Assembly: GCA_907165135.1 (NCBI GenBank)
Contig: OU015568.1
Span: forward strand, 15,511,208 to 15,575,207
From: Oikopleura dioica
Taxonomy: Eukaryota > Animalia > Chordata
Reading direction: 5' to 3'
Length of the DNA: 64,000 nucleotides
Shown here: one piece after another, positions 41,197 through 53,262 of the stretch
How the letters are laid out: the number at the start of each line of letters is the position of its first letter
How positions within the stretch are numbered: position 1 is the first letter of the stretch
Program-made: the position numbers and the translations under genes
Notes under the pieces: generated by a model
The model's database searches: none
Seen by the model: only the letters and a program-made list of their open reading frames with translations
What the model was told of the DNA's origin: nothing

Positions 41197-43385
41197 TTAT
41201 CTGAGAGTCCTCTCCTTTGGCCGAGGTCTCTGTTCTCGTCTGTCGACGCTTCTAAAGCCATTTTGCGTCTGGAACGAGCCCTGATGTCTATCATACGGGC
41301 TTGCCGACGGCGGTCGTTCTGTATTACTTCTTCCTACTGCTTTTGCTTTTCCGTATGTTTTAGGAGGCTCTGAGTATCGATTCTTCTGTCTTTCTGGCAC
41401 TTGGGCGCGGCCGAGAATTGCATCAAAGATCGGCTTGATTTCTCTGAAAGTCGGTCGATCTTCGCCCTTCTCGCTCCAGCACTCGTTCATCATTTGGTAA
41501 ATTTCATCGGGGCAGTGGGGCGGCTTGGCCAGTCGCTTCCCCGAGTCGAGGTAAGTGAGGATGTTTTGAGCTTCGACAGTTGGGTATGGAATGACAGCTC
41601 TGGAGAACACTTCCCAGCACGTGATTCCAAACGACCAGACGTCCGTTTTTTCGCTGAAAATTTTCCAGTTAGAAAAGCACAAAACAAAAAGCGCAATGCT
41701 GTGGCAGACAGGTGCTCATAATTCTAGCTTTAAATATATGACAAATTTAACGAGGTGCTAGTTAATCACTTACTTGTAATAGTTGTACTTTATACTTTCC
41801 GGGGCCATCCACTTGAGCGGAAGTTCAATCGTCGATTGCGCTCTAGAATGAATCGAATCATCGAAAAAAGTTCAAATGAGCAAATTCCTCACCTGTAGTA
41901 ATCGCGTTCGTTTGCGAAAACGCGGGAAAGGCCGAAATCAGAGACTTTGATGCTGCATTTACTGTCGACCATGCAGTTTCGGGCGGCGAGATCTCGGTGG
42001 ACGAATTTTCGCGAAGCCAGGTACGCCATTCCATCGCAAATCTCTTGGCAGAACTTGACGAGGTTGGAAACGGTGACGACGATTTTAGGATCGCGAAGAT
42101 AGGCACGGAGATCGCCCTTTTCGCAAAATGGAAGAAGAAGCATCGGAGATTGGTCGCCCTCACAGACTCCGATCAAGCTCAACACGTGCGGATGATTGAA
42201 TTCTGAATACCGTTTTAATATATTCGTCTGGCGAAACAATTATCATTCCAAATTCTCGAGTCGGAATACTTGCGCAATGGAAATTACCTTTCATCAGTAC
42301 TCCCTCGCGCATGAAGGATTCAAAGCTGGAACTGTCCGTGACGCACTTCAGGGATTTGATCGCGATCGCCTGTTTTCGACCATGATTGATCAAAGTTCCT
42401 CTGTAAACCGCTCCGAAATTTCCCTCTTTTAGGAGTTCGCCGATGGTCACTTTCTTTCGATCGATCAGGCAGGATTTCACGTCCCTAAAAGAAGGTTGAA
42501 AAAAATTTCATCATTCAATTCGGTACCTCGCGAGTTTTGGATCTTGAATGATATATTGAGATCGAGAAGCAGCGCTGATAAGAGAGTCGGATCGTTGATC
42601 CATGTACGGAGGTGGTGGGCCACTATTTCCAGTAGAGGAATTTGATTGTTGAGTCGACTGGGATCTGCTTGAAGAGCTAGTAAAGTTTTTATCGCCAATT
42701 CAAGAGCCTTTACGAGAGTGTACCTATGAACAATTGGCTTGAGTCCAACTTCAAATCTCCCGAAAGTTCCATTCGCTGAATGCCCCATTACATCTACATG
42801 CCCATGGTTAGCCAGAAGATCGTTTGTTTCTCCTTGGCCCTTTTCTTTTTTGTTCTGATTGTTTCGCCGCTTTCTCCAGCAGAAATATAAGACGCCGATG
42901 ATAAGTCCAGCGCTGAGAATGATCACAATGATCGGCCAAATTCGAAGTGTTGCTCCACTGGCATTATCGGGGCTGTAGGCCCTATCCAAAAAATCTGTTT
43001 CTGGGGCTCTGGTTGTTGTTGTCGTAGTAGTCGTCGTTGTAGGATTGATGTAGTTTGGCCAAAATTTGTTGAGACCGATGACATCTAACTCGAAGATTTC
43101 CCGCGCTTCCTCGTAGTTGCAAACTTCCTCCAAGCACTCTTGCTCAAGATTCCCCTCGCCGAATTCTTCCATTCCCGTGTTTGCTCGTCTACTTCTTGAG
43201 AGAAGAAAGCTCGCTGCCTCTTCTTTATTAATAAACACCATTTTGAAAGGTCCGATATCAACTAATCTGAAAAAGAGGGAATAAGGAAGGTTGATTTCAT
43301 GAAGAATTGATTGCAAGAATCCGGCAGAAGAAATACGTTAGAATAAGAAAAGGTATGAAGAAAATGGGAATGAATAATTTGAAAC
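41197..43385 (-). CDS. Gla-domain receptor tyrosine kinase (Gla-RTK), Met/TAM-like kinase (5' end uncertain)
   Basis: Propeptide VFINKEEAASFLLSRSRR, Gla domain ANTGMEEFGEGNLEQECLEEVCNYEEAREIFE..FW, poly-Thr stalk, TM IWPIIVIILSAGLIIGVLYFCW, kinase with EGNFGAVY, IAIK, HRDLAARN, DFG, KWMAPES, DVWSFG. Confidence 0.92.
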
Positions 43386-43424
43386 TTAGAAGAGTTTTCT
43401 ATAAAGAAAAGATGGTGGGTGTTT

Positions 43425-46400
43425 TTATGTTTCTTCGCGTAGACTTGGAAGCTCCAAAGTAGCTCCAAGGGAAGAAAGAAGGTCGAAGCCTCCATGAAGA
43501 ACGGTAAGCTTCGGATAGCCAAGGGAGAGAAGCCGCTCGGCAAAGGCCTGCCCACTGCGCGTATCTTTTCCAGCGACGACGATGATCCTGTTTCCACGCG
43601 AGGAGATGAGTTTTATGCTCGAAAGAGAGGGGCGCAGACTTGGGTTCGGAATTTCAGCTGTTGGATCTTCGAAAGAGCTTTCTGCAGGCAAATTTATTGC
43701 ACCAGGTAGCGTTCCAGTATTGAATTCCTCTTCTGGGCGACAATCGACAATCAGTAGCCGCTCTACTGATCCGATGCTTTCAATGTCATCGACGATTTCG
43801 AACTCTTCGCCAGTGAAATTGCCAATGAAAGTTGATGACCTGATTCTGTTCATTCGGCAGACATCTGATAACGAAATGATCGGTAGACGCTCCATTCGCC
43901 GAGCTTGGAGGTCTATGTCTTCTTTGTGAATAGACAGAAGCGAGGTATCTTCAAAGTCCGGCTGGTGAACTCGATAAGAGCAGCTTAGAGGAGTGTCTCG
44001 GTGGAGAATTGTACTTTGTGTGACAATGTCGTCTACGTCTATATCCGGCATATCTATTCAATAATGAAAATGTTATTGAAAAAAAATCATCACGTGACAA
44101 ACCTGAGAATGACAAGATGCAGTCGTTAAAGCTGAATGTCATCAGCTGTCTTTTCAGGCGGAGCATGATTGCAACTGCAATAAACAGCGGCAGCGATGAA
44201 TCATAAACCAGCAGTTTATCCCAGAGATGGAAGATCTTCTTGATGGGGAAGACGTGTGAAAACATTGTGAGGAACCACGGGATGGCGTACAGATCTGGCA
44301 CGAACGCCTGACCGTCCATATCGAGTAAGTGGTTGGCTAGTTCCGGGTCGTGATGGCAGATCAGCTGCTGGAAAACAGCGAGGTACTCCTGTTTTCGAGT
44401 TGTCAATCATTACGTAAAATTAAAAACATAGAAGACTATTCAAGAATAATTTTAACAACACTTTCCTGAATGACAGCCGCGTTGTCTCGCTGGAAAAGAC
44501 CATTCAAGTACTTCGGAATGAAATTCGACATGCTTGCATATGCCAAATCCTCGCGGTCGTAATGCAGGACTACAAAAGGCACAGTAAGAGAGTCCAGTCC
44601 TTGCCAATAAGTCAGCCCCGGGTTGGTAACAAGCCAGGCTTTGATCACACGCTTGAGCTTCCGGGCACCCTCAGGACTGGCAATCACTTCCAGATATTGA
44701 TGACATCGCGGGATGTCCACATCGATTTGCCTGTCAGTCTCTCTGATTGCGCATTTGTTGATGCGCTTGTACATTTCTCGCGTGTCGCCGGAAACTTCCA
44801 AAAGAGCGCTCCAAACATTGCTTCTCAAATTTGGCGGGATATCAATCTTCATTTGGATTTGTTGTTATTTTTTGCTAATGAAGTCGGCCTCACAAAGATC
44901 AAACGACAACGGAAATTTAAAAGATTGAAAGCGCCCGTTTGATGGGGAAATTAAAATTCATAATTAAAAAACCCTAACTTGGCCTCTTGAATGATCCTCT
45001 CGAGCGTATGAGGGTATCCGGACAAAAGGCGTCGGTAGATCAAAGTCCTCGAGAACTGGTAGATTATCGACGACTCTCGGATTGAAAGAGGCAGTCGTCG
45101 TTCTTCGTTGATCTGGCGAAGGGTTGGCGAGAGTTTAGACTGGTCAATATCGATTGAAATTACGGGATTGGCGGCGATTGTGTCGACTGACTGAAGCGTG
45201 CCCTCCAACACGGTGAGATCGATTTCCGTCTGAGAAAAAACGGGATTATTTGACAGATAAATATGCTCAAGCCCTCGAAAGTCTCTCTCGATGAACAAAT
45301 AATAATCAATTCATAATTCAGAGCGTATCATTCTTGACAACATCCTTTTATTAGTCCCGGAAGCAGAATCGAAACGACCTGATTTCATTGGACAGGTCGT
45401 TTCGCTTGAAAAGTGATAAAAAGGAAAATGAGTGTGCTCCGTTTACTCAGCAAATATTTTGTTAACACTTTCGGGAATTAGCGTTTTGTTTAAACATCGA
45501 TTTGGAGACTTCATGAGTTCTGTCTGCAGTATCAAAATCCTAAGTCTTCCTTGATTTCAGGGGGAAATTTAATTAGCGTTATTATGCCATAATTTGCCGC
45601 TTCTTTCATCCCTAATTATCCCGGGGAAGTCAAATTACCTGTTTATGCGAGTTTTCCTCCCCGGATCCTTGTCCATTGTCTCCGCCACTTGCGTGCGTAG
45701 AAGGGATGAGCCCGACTTTCGAAATCCCGACAGTTTTTTGGATCAATCCGCTTCGCTCCAGCTCGCTAAAAATCCCCGGTTAAGAAGTCTAATCGTCACC
45801 TTTTCAAGAGGATCCCTATCACTTCTATCAAAACTACAATTTTTAATGCGACACGCGCTGCCCGAAGGGGGGTCTCAACTTATTTTTTTAGATATTTTCG
45901 AAAAGGAATCGATTTTTTTCTAAAAGATTGCCCTTTTCGCCATTGCCGGCGCGGCGGGGAGGCGTTCTCACAGAATAAAGCTTATCAGATTTGTTAAATT
46001 AATCATTAGAACGCAGCAACACCCAGTAATTTGTATTATCGCGGGGTTGACTGGAATTACCGGTTATGCGAAAAAACGCTTTTGAAAACAACCCTTGTTA
46101 GCCAATTTTAAGGGTCAAGCTACTATCTTAATTTCACCCGGAAAACTAACCTGTTGAGTCCATTAGAAGAAAGCCTCCAAAAATAATAAGCATCATTATG
46201 CCCCAGTGCTTCTATGATATCTCTGAGTGAATGGTTCTCTGGAATGGCGACGTTGGAAACGTTCGAAAACAGGTTTATTTCCGGAAATTCGCTCTTCGGG
46301 CATTTCAGTAGCTCCAAAACTTCGGCAGCTGATGGGCGATCTCTGGGTCGATGACTGAATAATAAAAAGATGAGTGGAGCGTTATAATTTTTATCGTTGT

Positions 46401-49323
46401 TTTACGACACTTTTCGTGCAAAAAGAAGAGTAGCGTCTTTCTCTTTTTTTTAATTATTCTCGATAACAAAAGACCCGCGAGGCCTTGTGAACAGCCATGG
46501 TCTTGAGCACCAGGACCGTGAGTTATTTGCTCTGCGAAAGAAAGCGTGTGTAAAGAAGAATGATGACTAGACCAAATATGCTCGCTTCTATGTGTATTTT
46601 TCCCGTGCCAGCATCATAAGCACCCGATTTTTACAGACATTTTTATTGTTAACTTATGGTTAAAAAAGGGAAACACTGTAATTTATCCTCTCCCTGAATG
46701 ACTTGGTTAAAACTGGTTAATTGCGGTTTTGTTGTTTCAAGAACAAAACAACCAGTTGTTAAAAAATCAAGTCTATCTTTGTTTATAAAAACACGATAAT
46801 TCGGTAATTCCTCGAAATAACAAGACATTCCCTTCGCCATCTTTATTTGTTTAATAAGGGCCAAAAAGAAAATTCATCAAATAATTGACCGTGGTCGTGT
46901 GCCAATGTCACAAGGACTAGATTGCCAGACTTTTGTTTTGGAGAAGTAAGCCACTTATTGTTACTAACCAAAATGAATGACTTTTGATAATCCAACGAAA
47001 GTCCTTTCGATATATTCACTATTTAAAGACATTTTTGTTAATAAAAATCTTGGAACTCAATATTGATAATTTGAAAAACCGTGGAACCAACCGGTATGCA
47101 TTATGTAAAACTCTTTCATTCGATTTTTCATACGTACAGACATCAGATTTTCTTGGGCGACTTCCTGGGTAATCTCTTGAATAACTGGGCATAAAATCTC
47201 TCTGAAATTATTCAAAAAAGCATTGTTCTCTGCTCTAGTGCGCAAAAGTGGCCGCGGTCCATTCAGGGTTTAGTCATCAGCTTGAAACTCCAAGCTGCGC
47301 CAAAAAATAGAAAATACTACGCCGCAAGGCAGAGGTGCTTTACTACGCGCCCGCTTCACTGCGCAAAATGCCGCCGCTGGGCGTCCTTGTCGCCCGTCCC
47401 GATTTTTTCCCTGTCTGGCGCGGAAAAATAAAAAAAAATGGGAGCAATAATAAATCACAGCCTGTAGCCGAAAAAAGGTTGTTTTGGCAAGTTAGTGCCC
47501 CAAGTAAGATTGGCCACATGGATGATTGACCTCGACTGGCAGTAGGGGCAACTAGTGATGATTGTTTTATAAGGGTTTAGCGAGGAGTTAATTGACCAAC
47601 TATCGAGGAGAATCTGGGCTCGACAACCTGTTTGGAAACCTGAGTCAGGGTCCTGAAAAATATCTAATCAAGTGTCAATTTGAAGCTTTTTCAGGACCCT
47701 CACTCAGGTTTCTTCATAAGTTGACAAACCCAGGATGAGAATTTGGCAGAAAATCCCACTTTTACAAATTGAAAATCATAATTTGCGAAAACCATGAAAA
47801 CGTCCCCGGAAAATGAAAATAATTGATATCAATTTTCCTCCGCGAAATTGAATTTGATCCCTCTTTGCTCAAAAAAAAATATTTCTCATCAAAAAAAGAC
47901 AGCCGGATAAACCCCGGATGATCAGCAACCTCCTCACCTGGTGGTAATTTCTAGTATTTTTCTCAACGCTGGGTCGAGTTCTTCAAAGGTTTTGCCGACG
48001 CCAAGGGTCTGAGTGAGGGCACCTGCTACTGAGCTGGCTTCGTGCCCGCGTTTCGCAAGGGCGAGCTTCGTTTTTACGAGGGACTTGATATCTTTGTCGT
48101 CTTTCCACAGCTTTAATCCGAAGATGGCCTCGAATAGGATCAAGCCAGCGGAAAATATATCGGCTGATTGTACGGATCTTCATTTTCTAACCAAAACAAG
48201 ACGCATTTCAATTCAACTTTCAAACTTTTTGTTGATTGAAAAACCCGAATCTGAAGGATGAACAATTGCCGCCGAATCGCGTAGTTTTGAAATTATCACT
48301 TCTGGGGCCGAGTACTTGATCGATTGCCGGAAATTTATGCCAGCAAAATCGCCGAAATCCGTCAAAGCATTAACGAACCACTCAGAGATTTTGAGAGAGT
48401 CAGAGTTGACATCGTAATGGACTGTTTTATTTGTTAACTTTTGACAGGGAATAAATGGTTTAAGATGTTTGTAATATTTTTAATTTTATTACAAGGTCTA
48501 TTTGTCAAATAGCATTTGAAACAACAGAAACAGGGCAGATAATATCAATTCAAGAACAATGTTTTCATTTTATCAAAAATGAATATTTTAAGAGAGTCGG
48601 GCGAATAAGCAAAACCAAGCGAGCTTTGCTCGCCGAGCAGATTTTTTCTCTTTCATGTTTGGAAGACCCGTGATGTAAAAATTAGTACGATTGGTTTCAT
48701 ATCTAAAGCTGCATTTTCTACTTGATTTAAATTTCAAGCAACAATAATGAACATCCTTTTATAGCGTCCAGATAGTCTTTAGCGCTGTCTACTTTTCATG
48801 CATGACTTCCACATCGAAAAGATCGAATGAGCCATTTTACGCTCCCTTTCCTGACCGTGAACCAGCCCCTTGCCGTGTAAAAAGTCGATTGCCGAATACA
48901 ACATCTGCGCAAATCGCAGCCTTTCATCCTTCCCCAGTTTGCCATTCACTTCAAAAAGGCTTGGCTGGGAAGGCATCTCGCTGACAAACACAATTCGTTC
49001 CTGATTAGATGATTCTACGTCAACAAGCGATTGCAAATTCGCATGGCGCAGCTTTTTGAGATACTCGCCTCGGCCGACGATTTTTGTGGACGTCAGGCAT
49101 ACTGGAAGGCCGCTTTCAGGGCATTCAGGCAGCGTTTCCTTGTTTTTGGAGTCTTGGGAAAGCTCAAACAGGAAGTTTTATCGAATTTAATATGAAATTA
49201 AGATTTTATTGATTGGGAACTCCAAGTTGCATCTCTCGAACGGATTCGCTGAGTGTTAGGTTCCTGAATTTATTGCAAGACTCTTTCCTTGGACAAATCA
49301 AAATAGCCCAAATTCAGCTTCAT
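43425..49323 (-). CDS. TBCK: TBC1 domain-containing kinase (pseudokinase-TBC-rhodanese)
   Basis: [93 protein letters not shown], rhodanese LLIVDCR..GAINLP..VLHGG. Confidence 0.93.
47614..47734. mobile_element. MITE, same family, in TBCK intron
   Basis: CTGGGCTCGACAACCTG..GAAACCTGAGTCAGGGTCCTGAAAAA ... TTTTTCAGGACCCTCACTCAGG..CCCAG; flanks AGGAGAAT/ATGAGAAT (7/8). Confidence 0.85.
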
Positions 49324-49514
49324 CTTTTTCGACGATTTCAAGTTAACTTTCAAGTTGATAAATCAACTCAACTTTTTTGATATTCAAAGCAACATGGTTT
49401 TTTCTCTAAAGACGATCATTGAGTTTGAACTTTTGGTTTATTGGTAGTTTAGTTACGGGGATTCTTTTGACAGATTCACACGCCTAGAGCGTTTTCACGT
49501 AAAAGGATGGTTAA

Positions 49515-50297
49515 GGATATAGCCTTGAATATTGAACTTTCGTACACCCGAATCCCTGTTACGAATTCATTCATTTTTCAAATTACCCTACCTAAAATTC
49601 ATCGTTGATTTCGAAAATGACTTTTTTTCAGTACTTTCTAGGGTTTAAGTACCTAAAAATCGACTTCAAAATATAACAGACCGTCGTTCTCTGAAAATTT
49701 TCATTAAAAAGGTAAATCTGGATTGATGATATGAAAGATTGAAGCCTTATCTCCAATCTAGCGGTGGATTTTGTAAAAATATTGAAGATTACGGCTTCTA
49801 GGAACTGGTTTTTGATTGTACTCCGAAATGGAGAGTGGCGCGCGCAGCCAATGAGAGCGAGGGGAAAATCTCACTCAGCCATCGCTCATCCGATTTTACA
49901 CGAGAAATTTTGTCGACAGCTTGAACGAAATCTTACTGAGATTCTCCCCTCGCTCTGATTGGCAGCGCGCGCCACTCTTCATTTCTGAGTACAATCATAA
50001 ACCAGTTACTAGAAGCCGTAATCTTCAATATTTTTATAAAATCCACCGCTAGATTGGAGATAAGGCTTCAGTCTTTCATATCATCAATCCAGATTTACCT
50101 TTTTAATGGAATTTTTCAGAGAACGACGGTCTGTTATATTTTGAAGTCGATTTTTAGGTACAAACACCATAGAAAGTACTAAAAATAAGGGTTTTTTCGA
50201 ATTCTACGCTAGATTTTAGGTAGAGTTTCTTTGAAAAATGAATAAATTCGTAATAGGGATTCGGCGCTACGAAAGTTCAATATTCAAGGCTATATCC
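49515..50297. mobile_element. 783-bp palindromic non-autonomous DNA transposon with TTAA flanks (Kolobok-like termini GG...CC)
   Basis: TTAA|GGATATAGCC ... GGCTATATCC|TTAA; ~365-bp inverted arms and a short spacer. Superfamily assignment is inferred. Confidence 0.8.
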
Positions 50298-50690
50298 TTA
50301 AATTATTTTGGTGATTTTTTCGATTTGACGATTTCGATTGACAAGATGCTACAACAATCAAAAACAGCAAGGTCACAATCCCGTATTACCGCGGTAATAC
50401 AGGGAACATGCTAATTTTGTAGAGACTAGAGAAGGCTTGAAACTATTTTAGCAGATAAACAGTATTTTTTGAGCAACAGTAATTGTCATAAGATACTAAT
50501 GAGCCAATAAAGTCCAAGCATGTAGGAGTAGAATTTCAAGAATTTCAGTTGAATTTTTCCTAGCGGCTTTTTTAAGTTAAAAAGTTTAGATTTTGCACGA
50601 GAAAAGCGATCCAAAGAACCGGTTTTTCTTCTAAGAGGAGAGTTTGAGAAGGAAGGAGAAAAGGGCGTCGATTTGATCTTCCTTTGCCGT

Positions 50691-51350
50691 TTAGTCACTT
50701 TCATCACTGTCATCGCTCTCGCTTTCACTGCTATGGAAGGGCTTAGAATTGAAAGGGAGGGGTGAATTCTACCTGATAACGGGCTGGTAGGGCTGTGGGG
50801 CAATTTCATCTCCAGAGTCCTCGTCCGACTCGTTGTCGAAGAAGATGTCGTCTTCAACCTCGTTTCCGTCGACAACCTGAAAAGACGCGATGGAAATACA
50901 GGAACATCCAGGAGGAATCTTACATTAACGGACTCAGGAAGGTGGCCCATGTTCTTGAGTCGTCGAGCTTCATCAGAGTTGTACTTCATGATCACATCAG
51001 CCTTTGCGTCTTGGTAATCTCGGAGACCCACCAGAATGATATCTAAAACTCGTTACTATCAGCATAGAAGAGATGATGCTTACCAGAAGTGTTGATCCAT
51101 TGTCGCTTTCTGAGCTTGCCCCGAATGTGCGCAAGTCGCTTTGTTCCGTCAAAGCACATTGCCTCCAGTCGCCCGTTTCCCAACATTTTCAACACCTAAA
51201 TCGAGCAATCAAAGCTTCTTTATCTACCCCTTGACGAACCTGGGCATATTCCTGTCCTTCCTCTTTCAAAATAAGCTCTCGCTTGGCTCCCTCATTCTCG
51301 TTCTTTCCTCGACGACGGTTCTTTCCTCCCTTTCCTTTATTCTTGGGCAT
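50691..51350 (-). CDS. EIF1A: Translation initiation factor eIF1A
   Basis: [37 protein letters not shown]|[43 protein letters not shown]; acidic tail. Confidence 0.97.
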
Positions 51351-51879
51351 CGCTGCTCAATCTGGACAAAAAGAATGGTTGAAAAGAGTAGCAGAATAGA
51401 TATAAAATGTTGAACTTGAAAGAGGGAGAAGAACAAACACAAGATTTAGAAAAAACATGAAGTTTGGAGAAAAAAGTATTGCAGAAAATTGAACAAGAAT
51501 GGTAAACTTTGAATGGAAATGGCAAGGATGCAGATTTGGTTTTGATTTTTTGGAAACTGGAAACAGCTGTTTTTGTCAATCTTACTCTTCATTATCCGAA
51601 ATCGTCTGAAAACGGGTTTTAAAACAGTGCATGATATTCTGATGATTACTTGATGATGAGGTGTTTTAAAGTCTGCATGTTTCATGCAAAAGAAAAGACT
51701 GTTTTATAAACTAGGAATAAAACTGGGAAAACATAAAAATGACTTGATGAGAGATGCCACTACTTGGTACTTGATGTTACATGTTATTTTGTGCATACAA
51801 CTTTTAATCAATTTTTAATTTACCTCAACAGAGTAACACTAAATAGCCAGTTTTAATCAAGAAGGCTGTCTTTCCGAAC

Positions 51880-52883
51880 TCACCTGAACCGACATACACA
51901 TTGGCGGAGGTCGTTTCTGCCCAAAACCGGACCAAAAAGAAGACTGCGGAACTTCCTCTTTCTTTTCGTCGCCATTTGAGAGGCCGTCGACGAGAGTATC
52001 GGATACTTTGTTGAGCGTGTTGGAAGCCCAGCAGCTCCAGCTGGAAAGTGTGTTGGAAATGTTTTGCTTCGTTTTGTCCAGGCTTTCGTTTTGCTCCTAA
52101 AAGGATTCATCCAGACAGCCACAAGGAGGGAAAATCTGACCTTGAATTCGCTGAGCTCTGCCTTTGCCATTTCTGCCGTGCTCTTCATAAAGCCAGAAGC
52201 AAGAGACAGCCCCTGCCCCAGTCTCGAAAAAGTATCAAGCTCTTCTTCTGCCTCAACTTCCACGACCTTGACTTCTGCTGGTTTAGCATCCCTCGGTATT
52301 CTCTGTTCTGTCGGATCGTTCGCATCTGTCAACGAGATCTCCGAGAGCTGTGAGGAAATTGTATCGGAAGATTTTGTAGTTGGCTTTGAATTGATGAAAA
52401 TGGGGCTTTCTTCTTCGATCCAGATTTCGCCAGTTGCTTCGATTGTTACTTTATCTCTGTACAACGCAGCCAACTGAACAGAAACTTGGTTAAACTCGAT
52501 GAAAAAAGAAATGAAAATGCACCATTGAGTTATACTTTTCTTCAATCGTCCATTCTGCAACGTAATCGTCGTGGGCTTCGAGGAACTCTTTGAAATTCGA
52601 ATTTCCTCCTGCTCTGACTTTTTGGACTTCTTTTTCTGTCCACTTGTCCATCGTGATCGATTTGATTTGAGAAAGATGGAGGCCCAAGAGTCGGTGTTTT
52701 CCAGAGCATTCTACGCAGACCCAGATTCTGAAAAGAGCTTAGTTAGTCTCGACCAACTGTAATAGCTTACCCGTAAGTTACAGAGACCCATTGAGGATTG
52801 AGCTTGCCGCACTCGAAACAGATGTTATTCCCACAAGTCGAGCGGATTTCTTTTAGAGCTCTTCTCGACGTTGCATCCGCCAT
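51880..52883 (-). CDS. ARFGAP1: ADP-ribosylation factor GTPase-activating protein 1 (3' end uncertain)
   Basis: [64 protein letters not shown], ALPS-like tail. Confidence 0.92.
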
Positions 52884-53262
52884 TTTTCTGAAGAAAATAT
52901 TGAATTAAATATTCAGCCAAGGCATTCAGATATCTTATCAGTAAAAATAATTACGGGTTTACACGATTTTTGCGATAAAAAAGGTTGAAAACAGTTTTAA
53001 TTGATCAAAATTAACCCTTTTTTGCTAAACATAATATTCAACTGGATTCTATGTCTCCGTTAATTATTCTAGGAACAGTTAATTTGTAGAAAAATCAAAA
53101 TTACGGTTTTGCTCTTACTCTTCTGAATCTCTCTTTCCCTCCTTTCTCGCGCCGCTATTGGCCACTTTCTCATTTCATTCATCTCCGCGCCCAATTAGAA
53201 TCCCAAATCTTTCTCTGAGAATATTCTGAGTTAGGAGACGGCAACTTTCATTTTCACTAAAA

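Noticed and set aside
43020-43045. Trinucleotide-like run in Gla-RTK
   Set aside because: Encodes the poly-Thr stalk; ordinary low-complexity coding sequence.
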